A stretch of DNA of 64,000 bases. It comes from an uncultured Acidobacteriota bacterium. GTDB taxonomy: Bacteria; Acidobacteriota; Terriglobia; Terriglobales; Acidobacteriaceae. Shown piece by piece: positions 29,011 to 37,499 of this stretch (its first letter is position 1; each line of letters starts with the position of its first letter). A program made the translations under genes and the position numbers. The notes under the pieces were generated by a model. The model had not been told where the DNA came from. It saw nothing but the letters and a program-made list of their open reading frames with translations, and ran no database searches. The stretch is from the NCBI GenBank assembly GCA_963835275.1, contig CAWIFC010000003.1, positions 10,202 through 74,201 on the forward strand, given 5' to 3'.

Positions 29011-30240
29011 CTACGGTTTCACCTTATACAAAACACCCCAAGTGCCGCTGCCGCCTGTGTCCGCGACGCCATAGAGATTGCCGTCGGAGTCCGCCAGCAC
29101 TCCGCTGTAAGGATACCCTCCGTCATCGGTCCCCATAAAGTTGTAAAGAACAGTCTCGACCCAGGTTTTGTGCTCTTGCGCCAACTGAAAGACCGTCCCG
29201 CAGCAGGAGGTACCGTCAAATCCCGCGGTGCCGAAAAGCTTGCCCCGGATGTTGACCAACGTTCCATACGGCGACGCGCCGCCCCTGCGCGTGCCAAAGC
29301 TGTGCAGCACGGTGAACTTCCAGCTCGTCATCGATTCTGTGACTTCGGATTCTGTGATCTCGAAGGCCGTGCCCTGGTTTCTTGCGCCGCCGTACGTGGT
29401 CACGCCGAAAATGACCGTCTCCGTTTTTCTTCCGACCTGCCGGGTGCTGAGGGTGGGGCTGGCGTACAAAGGATAGGTGCCGTCGCTACGCCCGCCAGCG
29501 AAGCTATGGAGTACGGTTTCCGTCCATCCGCCGCCCGACTTCGAAAGTTGGAACACCGTGCCTCGGTTACTCGTCCCGCCCTGGCTGGTCGTCCCGTAAA
29601 GATTGCCCGTTCCGTCCATGCTCAATCCGCCCAAGGGCAATTGGCCGTCGGCGCAATTGGAGAGCGAGCAGAAGTTGTAAAGCACGCTGTAGGTTCCAGA
29701 GCTTGAAATTTCGAATACGACCCCGCCGAAGGTCGCCCGACTTCCGCCTTCCGACGCCGTGCCGTAAAGATTGCCGTCCGCATCCATGATCAGCCCGTCA
29801 AACGGGCCTTTGCCTTCAGGGCCGTTGAAGGAGTGCCGCACGATTTCGCTCCATTCCCCACTCGGCGCGCGCTTCAGTTCGAACACCGTTCCGCCGTTGG
29901 CCGGGCCGCCGCCCTCCGTCGTCCCATAAACGTTGCCGGACGAGTCCAGAATTACACCGCCGAAGGGATAGCCGCCGTCGCCGCCAAGGCAGAAGTTATG
30001 CAGCACGGTTTCCTCACCGGTCCTCGCTACCTCGAACACCGTGCCCGCTCCGCAGCTGCCGCCCTGGTACGTGGTGCCATAAAAATTGCCCGCGCCATCG
30101 CGCACCAGAACCCCAGTGTCGTAGGGACTGGCGCCGTCGGTGCCGCCGGCGAAGTTATACAGAACCTTCTCGGTGCCCGCCCACGCTCCAGTCGCCAGGA
30201 GTAGAACCACGGTGAAAATCGTTGCCAGCCTAATTCGCAT
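29011..30240 (-). CDS. GloVer (Gloeo_Verruco) tandem-repeat secreted protein
   Basis: About 8 repeats of the type VLYNFAGGTDGASPY..L..D.AGNFYGTT.QGGS.G.GTVFE. Trimmed to ATG 30240 (MRIRLATIFTVVLLLATGAWA). Confidence 0.8.
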   Translation of the reverse strand: MRIRLATIFTVVLLLATGAWAGTEKVLYNFAGGTDGASPYDTGVLVRDGAGNFYGTTYQGGSCGAGTVFEVARTGEETVLHNFCLGGDGGYPFGGVILDSSGNVYGTTEGGGPANGGTVFELKRAPSGEWSEIVRHSFNGPEGKGPFDGLIMDADGNLYGTASEGGSRATFGGVVFEISSSGTYSVLYNFCSLSNCADGQLPLGGLSMDGTGNLYGTTSQGGTSNRGTVFQLSKSGGGWTETVLHSFAGGRSDGTYPLYASPTLSTRQVGRKTETVIFGVTTYGGARNQGTAFEITESEVTESMTSWKFTVLHSFGTRRGGASPYGTLVNIRGKLFGTAGFDGTSCCGTVFQLAQEHKTWVETVLYNFMGTDDGGYPYSGVLADSDGNLYGVADTGGSGTWGVLYKVKP

Positions 30241-30629
30241 GCATCCGTTTCCTTCTGGCTTGATGGTGGGAGAACCATGAACTGCCACGGAGTTGAAATC
30301 ATACACCGGAGCCGGTCAGCAAAAGAGGACGACTTTGAGAGTGTGCGGATATTCACAGGTTGCCGATAAACCCCTCGCAGTAACCGCGAAGCGGTGCGAG
30401 AATGCAGCCCACCGGCGGAAGCGCCAGTTACAAGACTCGGTGGAACACCGCGACGGCGGGACACGCGCTTCTGCAGCCGCGTAGCGGCGGCATATGAAAT
30501 CCCGGCACGGCAGTGCCGGGAAAGCGAAAGGGGAGCAAACCGAGTCCGCTTCGCGGACGGCACGAGTTTTGTGATCTTTGCACGCCCACCCGAACGAGGC
30601 GTCCGGGGCCACGTAACCAATTTTCATAA

Positions 30630-30824
30630 TTACGCGGCCGGCTTATCAATCTTGACCGCCAGGAACGGGTAGTCGGCAACCAGGCTCTTGAGTCGATCGG
30701 CGTGCCCCCGCAGCACCTGGTTAAGTTCGGACAAAATTGGCCGCAGTTCGTCGGCGTCCCGCGCTGCTACGGCTTGTGAGCACAACTCGCGAATACGTCT
30801 TTCCAAGGTCACGTCAAAAGGCAC
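30630..30824 (-). CDS. small helical hypothetical protein (64 aa)
   Basis: GTG start. MPFDVTLERRIRELCSQAVAARDADELRPILSELNQVLRGH has a more protein-like composition than the overlapping + strand ORF. Confidence 0.5.
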   Translation of the reverse strand: MPFDVTLERRIRELCSQAVAARDADELRPILSELNQVLRGHADRLKSLVADYPFLAVKIDKPAA

Positions 30825-31037
30825 GACTGCCCCCCGGGCACAAGAATGCCCAAGTATGCCTTATGACCAGGAATTGTTCGATACAGTACACACTGTATTG
30901 CCGACACCCGCAGCGCGCGCTATTTTGAATCAGGTTCGCAGATGAACCTTGCGGTCATGGGTTAGTGTCCAGCTGAGGCTGACGTTCGGGCCCTTACGAC
31001 CGCCCTGCAATCCTGTACTCCAAACTCGCACGTTTCA

Positions 31038-31063
31038 GGCCGGACCGAGTCCGGCCGTTTTTT
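31038..31063 (+). terminator. orphan rho-independent terminator on the + strand
   Basis: ggccggac cga gtccggcc is followed by gttttttg. No + strand CDS lies upstream. Confidence 0.65.
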
Positions 31064-31157
31064 GTGTGCATCGAGAACGGCCCATCCGGGACTACCTGCA
31101 CAAAGGGTTGCCCATTCTTCCCGTGTTCTTTGCGGAAGAGTGGAAGGCGATCAAGGC

Positions 31158-31808
31158 TCACTGATCAAGGTCGTCGTCAGGAAGCACTGGATCGACGGTT
31201 GCGCTATTCGAGGCGGTTCCGTGGAAGCCGAGGACGGTTGTAGACCCCAAAATCGTGTATTTGACTTTGCAGCCCGGGCCGCTCGCGGTTGTGGCCGACT
31301 TCACCCTCTGCGGCGTGGGCTTGAATGTCGTCGGGTGCTTCAGGACGGCGGTCGTCCAACTGCCCACCTTCAGATAAGTCGTATCCGTGGCCATCAAACC
31401 TTCCGGACCCGCGACCACCAGGGTCAACGTATCGGCCGTGCTGAGGAGGCTAACGGTCATCTTGGAAGGCGACGTGGTCGTGAAATGATTGGTTCCAGCC
31501 GTCACAGTGATGGCCCCTGCGGGAAGCGTGTAGGTTGCGGAGGTCGCGGTATGTTTCGTGGGCGACAGCGACTCGCTGGCCATGACCGTGATCTTTCCGC
31601 TCTTGCCATTCAGGCCGAGCGGGTCCGGTCCCGACAGAATCGGTCCCAGCGTGCCATTGAGCGTGATCGTTAGCGTGTGTGTTGCCGGGACAACACCCGG
31701 ATCAATAGTTACAAGTTCATTCGACTGCGCCCAGATGGCGGAGCTAAGCACAAGCAGCGTGGCCAGCATTAAGGCGAATGTGTGGGCTATCCTGGATATC
31801 GGGGTCAT
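31158..31808 (-). CDS. secreted Thr-rich hypothetical protein
   Basis: Signal-anchor sequence IAHTFALMLATLLVLSSAIWAQ and beta-rich T/S/G composition. Confidence 0.6.
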   Translation of the reverse strand: MTPISRIAHTFALMLATLLVLSSAIWAQSNELVTIDPGVVPATHTLTITLNGTLGPILSGPDPLGLNGKSGKITVMASESLSPTKHTATSATYTLPAGAITVTAGTNHFTTTSPSKMTVSLLSTADTLTLVVAGPEGLMATDTTYLKVGSWTTAVLKHPTTFKPTPQRVKSATTASGPGCKVKYTILGSTTVLGFHGTASNSATVDPVLPDDDLDQ

Positions 31809-31913
31809 TAGGGGTTCTCCTTACTTCAGCGGCAGGCACAGAACACGAGCCTTCGGTGCAAGTGCAGAGAAAGCTATCACGGCAGCCCCACAGGCTGTCA
31901 ACGGAAAAGTGGT

Positions 31914-31943
31914 GGTAGGCGCGGGCGTCCGCGCCCGTGCGCC
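31914..31943. repeat. GC-rich hairpin repeat (copy e, variant)
   Basis: ggtaggcgcgggcgtccgcgcccgtgcgcc. Confidence 0.55.
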
Positions 31944-32022
31944 CCATCCAGGATTCGTACTTGCCCCTGGGTTTCCCCGGGAAGAAATCGACGCCTTCAG
32001 GCGCTAGACGCGACCCGACAAG

Positions 32023-32052
32023 AAAAGGCCGCGATCCAAATCGCGGCCTTTT
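32023..32052. terminator. bidirectional rho-independent terminator
   Basis: aaaa ggccgcgat ccaa atcgcggcc tttt lies 24 nt downstream of the minus-strand stop at 32076. Confidence 0.75.
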
Positions 32053-32075
32053 GGATATCTGAGAAGCTTGACGGC

Positions 32076-32324
32076 CTATGCTGCCTGTCGCGTGGCCAGC
32101 TCTTGTGCATAGTTGCGCGCCTCTGACGGCGAACCGATCACCTTCATCTCTTTCCAGTCATAGGGCAATTCCTTGCCGCAATCCAGGCACACTACGTACA
32201 TGCCGGTCAGCGACGCCGCTGTGGAAGGCCGGGAACCATTGCGCGAACGGGAACGGATCGTAATAGGAAAACTGTAACGCTGATGCCAGCAACCGAAGAA
32301 AGCATCGACTATTTTCGTAATCAT
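32076..32324 (-). CDS. small zinc-ribbon-like hypothetical protein (82 aa)
   Basis: Trimmed to ATG 32324 with GGAGG 7 nt upstream. MITKIVDAFFGCWHQRYSFPIT...YVVCLDCGKELPYDW gives a CxH...CxxC arrangement. Confidence 0.6.
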   Translation of the reverse strand: MITKIVDAFFGCWHQRYSFPITIRSRSRNGSRPSTAASLTGMYVVCLDCGKELPYDWKEMKVIGSPSEARNYAQELATRQAA

Positions 32325-32522
32325 ACTTGGCCTCCACAGCGAACCACCGCACTTTGCGCCTAACCCAGGATTTGCGATGGACTGTTCTCCAAAGCTATTC
32401 ACTTAGATTCGCTTTTGAACAAAAAGGTTCGTCCACTCGCAATAGTGATAAACCCGCAGCGAACGTTACAGTTGCGGCTGTGGAAAAGGGTTGTGGGGCA
32501 AGGGGTTATGCAGGCGTCGCGA

Positions 32523-32780
32523 TCAAACGTGCTCCGGGCCGGCCTTCTTGCGGGCATGGCACTTGGAGACGATCGCGGTACGAAGGCGGGTGCGCAGATC
32601 CTCCGGCAATTCGTAGAGCTGCGAGTCACGATAAATCTCAATGGTCTTCTTGGTCGTATCGCAAACCACGTAGCAGTTGTGGCACCATGCCAGATGATCT
32701 TCCAATTCTGCCTTGGTGCGCTCATCAATCGCGCCGTCAAGGTAATTGGTCAGCTCATTCAGAAATTCAGCACATTTCAC
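32523..32780 (-). CDS. soluble zinc-binding anti-sigma factor (ZAS, zf-HC2)
   Basis: H29-x3-C33-x2-C36 (HLAWCHNC) plus C3. No TM segment. GTGA overlap with the sigma gene stop. Confidence 0.75.
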   Translation of the reverse strand: MKCAEFLNELTNYLDGAIDERTKAELEDHLAWCHNCYVVCDTTKKTIEIYRDSQLYELPEDLRTRLRTAIVSKCHARKKAGPEHV

Positions 32781-33436
32781 TGGTCGGTGTCTCCGGTTTC
32801 GGGTTTTTGTTTGCCATTTGTAGCCTCGCGTCGCTGAAAGAAACGGCTGAGACGCTCGCGCAATTGTAAGCGGGCGCGCAACAACCTCGATTTTACCGCC
32901 GGGATGCTCAGATCCAGCGCCTCGGCGGTTTCTTCCGTCGAAAGTCCTTCCACATCACGCAGGACGAATACCGTCCGAAAACTTGCCGGCAAGCCCTGGA
33001 TGGTGCGAGTCAAAATCTCCCGCAGCTCCGCCTGATTGTACTGTTGCTCCGGGTTTGGACTCCAGTCCGCAACTTCGCGGGGAAGGGAGTCTTCCTCGGT
33101 TTTGACATCTTCGTCGAGCGAAACCATCCGCTCGGGGCGGCGGCGGCGCAACCGCATCAGCGCTTCGTTCACCGCAATGCGCACCAGCCAGGTGTAAAAC
33201 TTTGACTGCCCCTGAAACTGGTGCAGATTGGTATAAGCTTTCAGGAACGCATCTTGCACCACATCTTCCGCGTCTTCGCGGTTCTGCGTAATGTGCTGCG
33301 CGATGCGAAATACGTTCCGGTCGTAGCGTCGGACCAGGTCTTCAAAGGCCCCGACGTCACCGCCCTTGGCCGCTTGAACAAGCGCTAGCTCGTCCGTGAC
33401 GGGCGCATCTATTTTTGGTTGGATGGTGGTCATCAT
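32777..33436 (-). CDS. ECF-type RNA polymerase sigma-70 family factor
   Basis: Region 2 reads FEDLVRRYDRNVFRIAQHITQNREDAEDVVQDAFLKAY. Region 4 reads LPASFRTVFVLRDVEGLSTEETAEALDLSIPAVKSRLLRAR. Confidence 0.9.
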   Translation of the reverse strand: MMTTIQPKIDAPVTDELALVQAAKGGDVGAFEDLVRRYDRNVFRIAQHITQNREDAEDVVQDAFLKAYTNLHQFQGQSKFYTWLVRIAVNEALMRLRRRRPERMVSLDEDVKTEEDSLPREVADWSPNPEQQYNQAELREILTRTIQGLPASFRTVFVLRDVEGLSTEETAEALDLSIPAVKSRLLRARLQLRERLSRFFQRREATNGKQKPETGDTDQ

Positions 33437-33826
33437 GCATCCGATGCAACAATTTTCACGCAGCGCGGGAAAGTTGGAAGTGTTATTTTACTTGGTAACC
33501 TGCGGTTGCGCGTAACTCTTTTGACGTACCCTGAGTTGAGTCGGTTAGGCTAAATTCCATGTCTGCGGTCCACAATTTCACCCCGGAGGCTATCTGATAA
33601 TGAATCCAAGGGATAAACTACCAAATGCCGCAACGGCTCAAGCCCGCATTTTTACTGGCGCGGAGCCGCGTGGTCGAAACCCTACTCTCCCCAGAACCGC
33701 TTATGAGATGGCCTGCAGTTACTTCGGTCATCAGCGCAGCCTGACCCAGAGGCCGTATAATCTGGAGTTTACTGGGCAGATAAGCCAAGAAACCAAGTCC
33801 AGCGGCTAAAGTGCTCAGAGATAACA

Positions 33827-34966
33827 ATGGCACAGAAAACCCCGATTGCGCAAATTGTCGAGAAGGCGGTCTCGCAGGTTTTGGAGGAGAACCTTGCGGA
33901 GTTGCGAAAGAACCTTGTGCACCGGGTTCTGGAAGAAGTGCAGCCGCACCTTGGTGGCTCGGCGGGGAGTCGGTCAGCGGGAGGTGCAGCGTCCGATCTA
34001 TTGACGGCGGTTTCGGCGATTCACGCGGGCACAACCCAGAAGGAAATCCTGCGCGCTTTGCTCGACAACACCGCGGGCTACAGCGGGCGGGCGGCGTTGT
34101 TCGTGATCAAGGCGGGATCGGCTACGGGATGGCAGGGGCGCGCGTTCGATAACAACGAAGGGATCAAGGATTTTTCGCTGGATGTGAACAGCGGCGCGCC
34201 GTCTCGGGCTTTGCAATCGCGGGCCGCAGTGAGCAGGACGGTATCGGAGATGGATCCGCGGTTCGTGTCGCAATTCGGAGCACCCGCGGAAGATCAAGTG
34301 CTGCTCTTGCCTCTGCGCCTGAAAGATAAGGTAGCGGCTTTGGTATATGCGGATGGGGGAGCTGCGGCAGGCGGGAAAATGGATGGCCCGGCGCTGGAGC
34401 TGCTGGTCGCAGCGACCAGCGCGTGGCTCGAAGTCGCTTCGCTCCGGAAGCAGGCGCTGAAAGAAGGCACGGCCGAAGCGGGCGCGAGTGAAAAATTCGA
34501 AGCGCCTCCGGTACAAACGGTCTCGTCGTTTTCCGATCCGTTTGCCGCCCATGCGCCGAAACATGTGGCGGCGCGGCCCGCCCCGGTCGAGGAACCGGCA
34601 ATGGCTGAGGCCACGGCCGAAGTAGTGTCGGCGCCGGCCGCGATGTCGGCTGCTGCACCGGCGCCTGCGACCGACGCCTTTGCCCACATGTCGGCGGAAG
34701 ATGCGGAAGTCCACCGCAAGGCGCAACGTTTCGCGCGGCTGCTGATGGACGAGATCAAACTGTACAATCAGGCGAAAGTGACGGAAGGCCGCAAGCACAA
34801 AGATTTGTACGATCGCCTGAAGGAAGATATCGATAAGAGCCGTTCGACCTACCAGAAGCGCTATGGCGGCACGGCGGCGGCCAACGCGGATTACCTCACC
34901 AACGAACTGATTCGCAGCCTGGCCGAGGATGATGTTTCGCTGCTGGGGCCAAACTTCCACCGCTAG
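33827..34966 (+). CDS. hypothetical protein: GAF-like N-terminal half, Ala/Pro-rich linker, conserved basic helical C-terminus
   Basis: ILRALLDNTAGYSGRAALFVIKAGSATGWQGRAFD...LLLPLRLKDKVAALVYAD looks GAF-like. The C-terminus reads HRKAQRFARLLMDEIKLYNQ. The 335-aa minus-strand ORF opposite is R-rich antisense. Confidence 0.6.
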   Translation: MAQKTPIAQIVEKAVSQVLEENLAELRKNLVHRVLEEVQPHLGGSAGSRSAGGAASDLLTAVSAIHAGTTQKEILRALLDNTAGYSGRAALFVIKAGSATGWQGRAFDNNEGIKDFSLDVNSGAPSRALQSRAAVSRTVSEMDPRFVSQFGAPAEDQVLLLPLRLKDKVAALVYADGGAAAGGKMDGPALELLVAATSAWLEVASLRKQALKEGTAEAGASEKFEAPPVQTVSSFSDPFAAHAPKHVAARPAPVEEPAMAEATAEVVSAPAAMSAAAPAPATDAFAHMSAEDAEVHRKAQRFARLLMDEIKLYNQAKVTEGRKHKDLYDRLKEDIDKSRSTYQKRYGGTAAANADYLTNELIRSLAEDDVSLLGPNFHR

Positions 34967-34991
34967 TTCGTATCCCATTCCATGCTCGCTT

Positions 34992-35023
34992 CCCATCCTC
35001 CGCAAAGAACGCGGAAGGATGGG
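34992..35023 (+). terminator. stem-loop after the GAF-like gene (no U-tract)
   Basis: cccatcctccgc aaagaac gcggaaggatggg. Confidence 0.35.
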
Positions 35024-35271
35024 CCACCCTGTTTACGTCCGATTCAGATGTGCGCTTGAAAAGGGGGTTTGTGTGAATCTGATGCATAGGGTTGCAAGCG
35101 GCTGCGACCTTCGCGGCGTTACGTTTTTGGTTACTTGGGTGGTTACTTTGCTAAACCTTTGTGCTACGTCTATGGCCCGTTCGGGCGTTGCACTACTGGT
35201 GCGGGCTTGCTACCTTGACGACATTGAGCCTCCCCTTAGGTGCAGTGACGCAGCTTTCTGGAGGTGAGTTC

Positions 35272-35394
35272 GTGAAAATCGTTCATCTGTGTTATGCGGC
35301 GTTGGGATTTGCGGTGGCTCGCTGGATCTTTAAGCGGGAGCCGATGCCGCTGGCTGATCCGGTCACTCGGTTCCGGTCCTCTGGCTTGTTGTAG
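35272..35394 (+). CDS. candidate small membrane protein (40 aa)
   Basis: GTG lies 7 nt after GGAGG (35260..35264). VKIVHLCYAALGFAVARWIFKREPMPLADPVTRFRSSGLL contains one hydrophobic helix. A strong terminator lies 18 nt downstream. Confidence 0.35.
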   Translation: MKIVHLCYAALGFAVARWIFKREPMPLADPVTRFRSSGLL

Positions 35395-35411
35395 GTTGTT
35401 TCCTTCGTCAT

Positions 35412-35467
35412 GGGCGTGCGGCGCCCCGTTTGCGCCGGCTGCTTCGTCCCGCACGCCCGTGTTTTTT
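35412..35467 (+). terminator. rho-independent terminator
   Basis: gggcgtgcgg ...27 nt... ccgcacgccc is followed by gtgtttttt. Confidence 0.65.
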
Positions 35468-35594
35468 CGCTCTCACGTAGATTTTCGCCTCTAAGGGTCT
35501 ACGACCAACGTGCATCTCGCCGCGCCGATTCCCCGGCCAGTTTCTGACTACAATTTACGTTAGGCAGAACGTACGTTCTTGCCGGCGAATTTCC

Positions 35595-36374
35595 ATGCGT
35601 CATCGGGGTTATTTCGGTGTAGTTTTGGTTTTTCTGGGGATGCTGCTTCCGCTTGGAGCAGAGGCGCAAGCGGACAACGGAGTGTCGCTAGGCGACTTGG
35701 CGCGCTCTATGCGGCAGAGCAAAGAGCCCAAAGCGCCGGCGGCGCCCACCATCATCGACAACGACAATCTTTCCCAGGTGATCGAGCAGGTCGAGCAATT
35801 CCGGTTGAACGGGAAGCCGAAGTTCTCTTTTGATGGTGTGGGAAAAACTTTCCAGATGAGTTCGCCCGACGGAACCTGCAGCCTTTCGTTTAATGCCAAT
35901 GCCACTGCGCTGCTCTCCAGTCCGTTCGTTTCGCAGGATCTGCCGCAGAGCGAATTGGCGAAGCTCGATGGTCCGGCGAATATTCATGGGGACACGCTGG
36001 AACTCTCGGTGTACAACGCCAGTTCGTGGAACGTGAAAGAGATCACGGTGGGGCTGACCATCGTACGCCACGACGAACCGAGCGCCGCGTACTTCGGCTC
36101 GGTCAAACTGGTGCCCTCGGCTGCCGACGAGGAAGTTCCGAGCGAGAAGCGTTCGGACTCGACGGTGCTGCTTCACCTGAAAGGTTCAGCGGCTCCGTTC
36201 GCGACCACGGTGTTTCGCGAGAAGCTCGAGACCAGCCTTAGCGTCGACCAGGAGTGGCATTGGGCGATTATCGAAGCCAAGGGAATTCCTGCGACTGCAG
36301 TCCCGACCGGTCCGACAGATCAATCAATCGCCGCCAGCAGCCAGGCTACTAAAGAAGTTGAAACTGCCCGGTAG
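35595..36374 (+). CDS. secreted hypothetical protein
   Basis: Signal peptide MRHRGYFGVVLVFLGMLLPLGAEA. Confidence 0.6.
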   Translation: MRHRGYFGVVLVFLGMLLPLGAEAQADNGVSLGDLARSMRQSKEPKAPAAPTIIDNDNLSQVIEQVEQFRLNGKPKFSFDGVGKTFQMSSPDGTCSLSFNANATALLSSPFVSQDLPQSELAKLDGPANIHGDTLELSVYNASSWNVKEITVGLTIVRHDEPSAAYFGSVKLVPSAADEEVPSEKRSDSTVLLHLKGSAAPFATTVFREKLETSLSVDQEWHWAIIEAKGIPATAVPTGPTDQSIAASSQATKEVETAR

Positions 36375-36375
36375 T

Positions 36376-37377
36376 CTAAGTCACGCTTCGCACTTCTTCG
36401 GTTTGTCCGCTCTTCATGCTTCGGTAGGCTGCGTCGAGAATTTCTTGATTGCGCCAGCCTTCTTCTCCGGGAATTGGGAACTCTGTTTTGCCTTCGACTG
36501 CGGTGGCGAAGGCATCTACCTGGCGTGCGTACGCGGGACGGTTCGAGACTTCGATGGATTCGACTACGGCTCCGCCTCTGCGCAACTCAAGATGGACGGG
36601 CCGCTCTACATTCAAGGCGTCGGCGGCGCGGAGAGCGCCGGTTTCTCCAACCAGTTCGAGGGGGGTGCGGTACTCGGCGAGGAATGAAACTGCGACCGTG
36701 GCGAGGGTTCCGCGCGAGAACTCGAGCAGCAGCGTAGCTCCGGCTTCAACGTTGCCCGCGTTTCCGGGAACTTCATGCGCGCTCACCCGCAGGACTTCGT
36801 CTTGAAGAATGAAGCGCAGTGTATCGATACAGTGCACACCCACGTCGGCGACCGGGCCGCCGCCGGCGATTGCGGGATCGTTGATCCAGGTACGCGCGTG
36901 TCCGTGCGCGGCGGGGAAGGAAAATTCGGAGCGGGCGAAAACTGGCTTGCCGATGCTTCCCGCCGCTACCTGCTTGTGGAACCACGCGGTGCTGTCTTCA
37001 AAGCGGAAGACTTGGGCGATTCCCAGCAGAACTCCGGCTTTGCGGGCCGCCTCGACCATTTGCCGGCATTGGTCGCCATGGATTGCCATGGGTTTCTCGC
37101 ACAATACGGGCTTGCCACATGCGGTCGCGATCAGCACATCTTGCAAATGAGATGCGTTGGGTGTGGCGATGAAAACGGCGTCAACCTGGGGAGAGCGGCA
37201 GAGCTCTTCGGCGGAATCGAAGGCCAAAGGGATGTCGTGCTGTTGCGCCGAGGCCTGCGCCTTTGCCAGGTCACGCCGGGAGAGAGCGGTGACGCGACAA
37301 TTCTTAGCGAGGGCGAATCCGGGCATCAGCCGTTTGGCCGCGTGCAGTCCGAAACCAATAATTCCGAAGTTGATCAT
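36376..37377 (-). CDS. Gfo/Idh/MocA-family NAD(P)-dependent oxidoreductase
   Basis: MINFGIIGFGLHAAKR Rossmann start and an EKP motif (LCEKPMA). Confidence 0.88.
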   Translation of the reverse strand: MINFGIIGFGLHAAKRLMPGFALAKNCRVTALSRRDLAKAQASAQQHDIPLAFDSAEELCRSPQVDAVFIATPNASHLQDVLIATACGKPVLCEKPMAIHGDQCRQMVEAARKAGVLLGIAQVFRFEDSTAWFHKQVAAGSIGKPVFARSEFSFPAAHGHARTWINDPAIAGGGPVADVGVHCIDTLRFILQDEVLRVSAHEVPGNAGNVEAGATLLLEFSRGTLATVAVSFLAEYRTPLELVGETGALRAADALNVERPVHLELRRGGAVVESIEVSNRPAYARQVDAFATAVEGKTEFPIPGEEGWRNQEILDAAYRSMKSGQTEEVRSVT

Positions 37378-37391
37378 AGAGTCTGCCTTAT

Positions 37392-37417
37392 TGTAGGCGC
37401 GGGCGTCCTCGCCTGTG
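37392..37417. repeat. GC-rich hairpin repeat (copy d)
   Basis: tgtaggcgcgggcgtcctcgcctgtg lies 15 nt upstream of the oxidoreductase start. Confidence 0.6.
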
Positions 37418-37499
37418 CGGCAGCGTTTTGGTCATGAGGTGGCACAAAATCCGACGAATCGCCCGGAATCGTCCGGGGCTGCGTGTGCATCGACCGAAC

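Noticed and set aside
28735-29706. 323-aa + strand ORF.
   Set aside because: It is antisense to the GloVer-repeat gene, whose repeats are unmistakable on the minus strand.
30380-30600. Possible riboswitch. The string AAAGGGGAGCAAACC recalls the yybP-ykoY (GGGGAGUAG) and GEMM-I (GGCAAACC) cores.
   Set aside because: The rest of either consensus, as I remember it, is absent. This string is also on the + strand, where no gene follows. An Rfam scan is needed to settle it.
30316-30627. 103-aa minus-strand ORF in the spacer upstream of the GloVer gene.
   Set aside because: It is Cys/Arg/Phe-rich with implausible composition and no SD. I treated the region as non-coding structured sequence instead.
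33998-35005. 335-aa minus-strand ORF.
   Set aside because: It is antisense to the GAF-like gene, is extremely Arg-rich (RRRRCSSRHRGRRRHYF) and has no SD.
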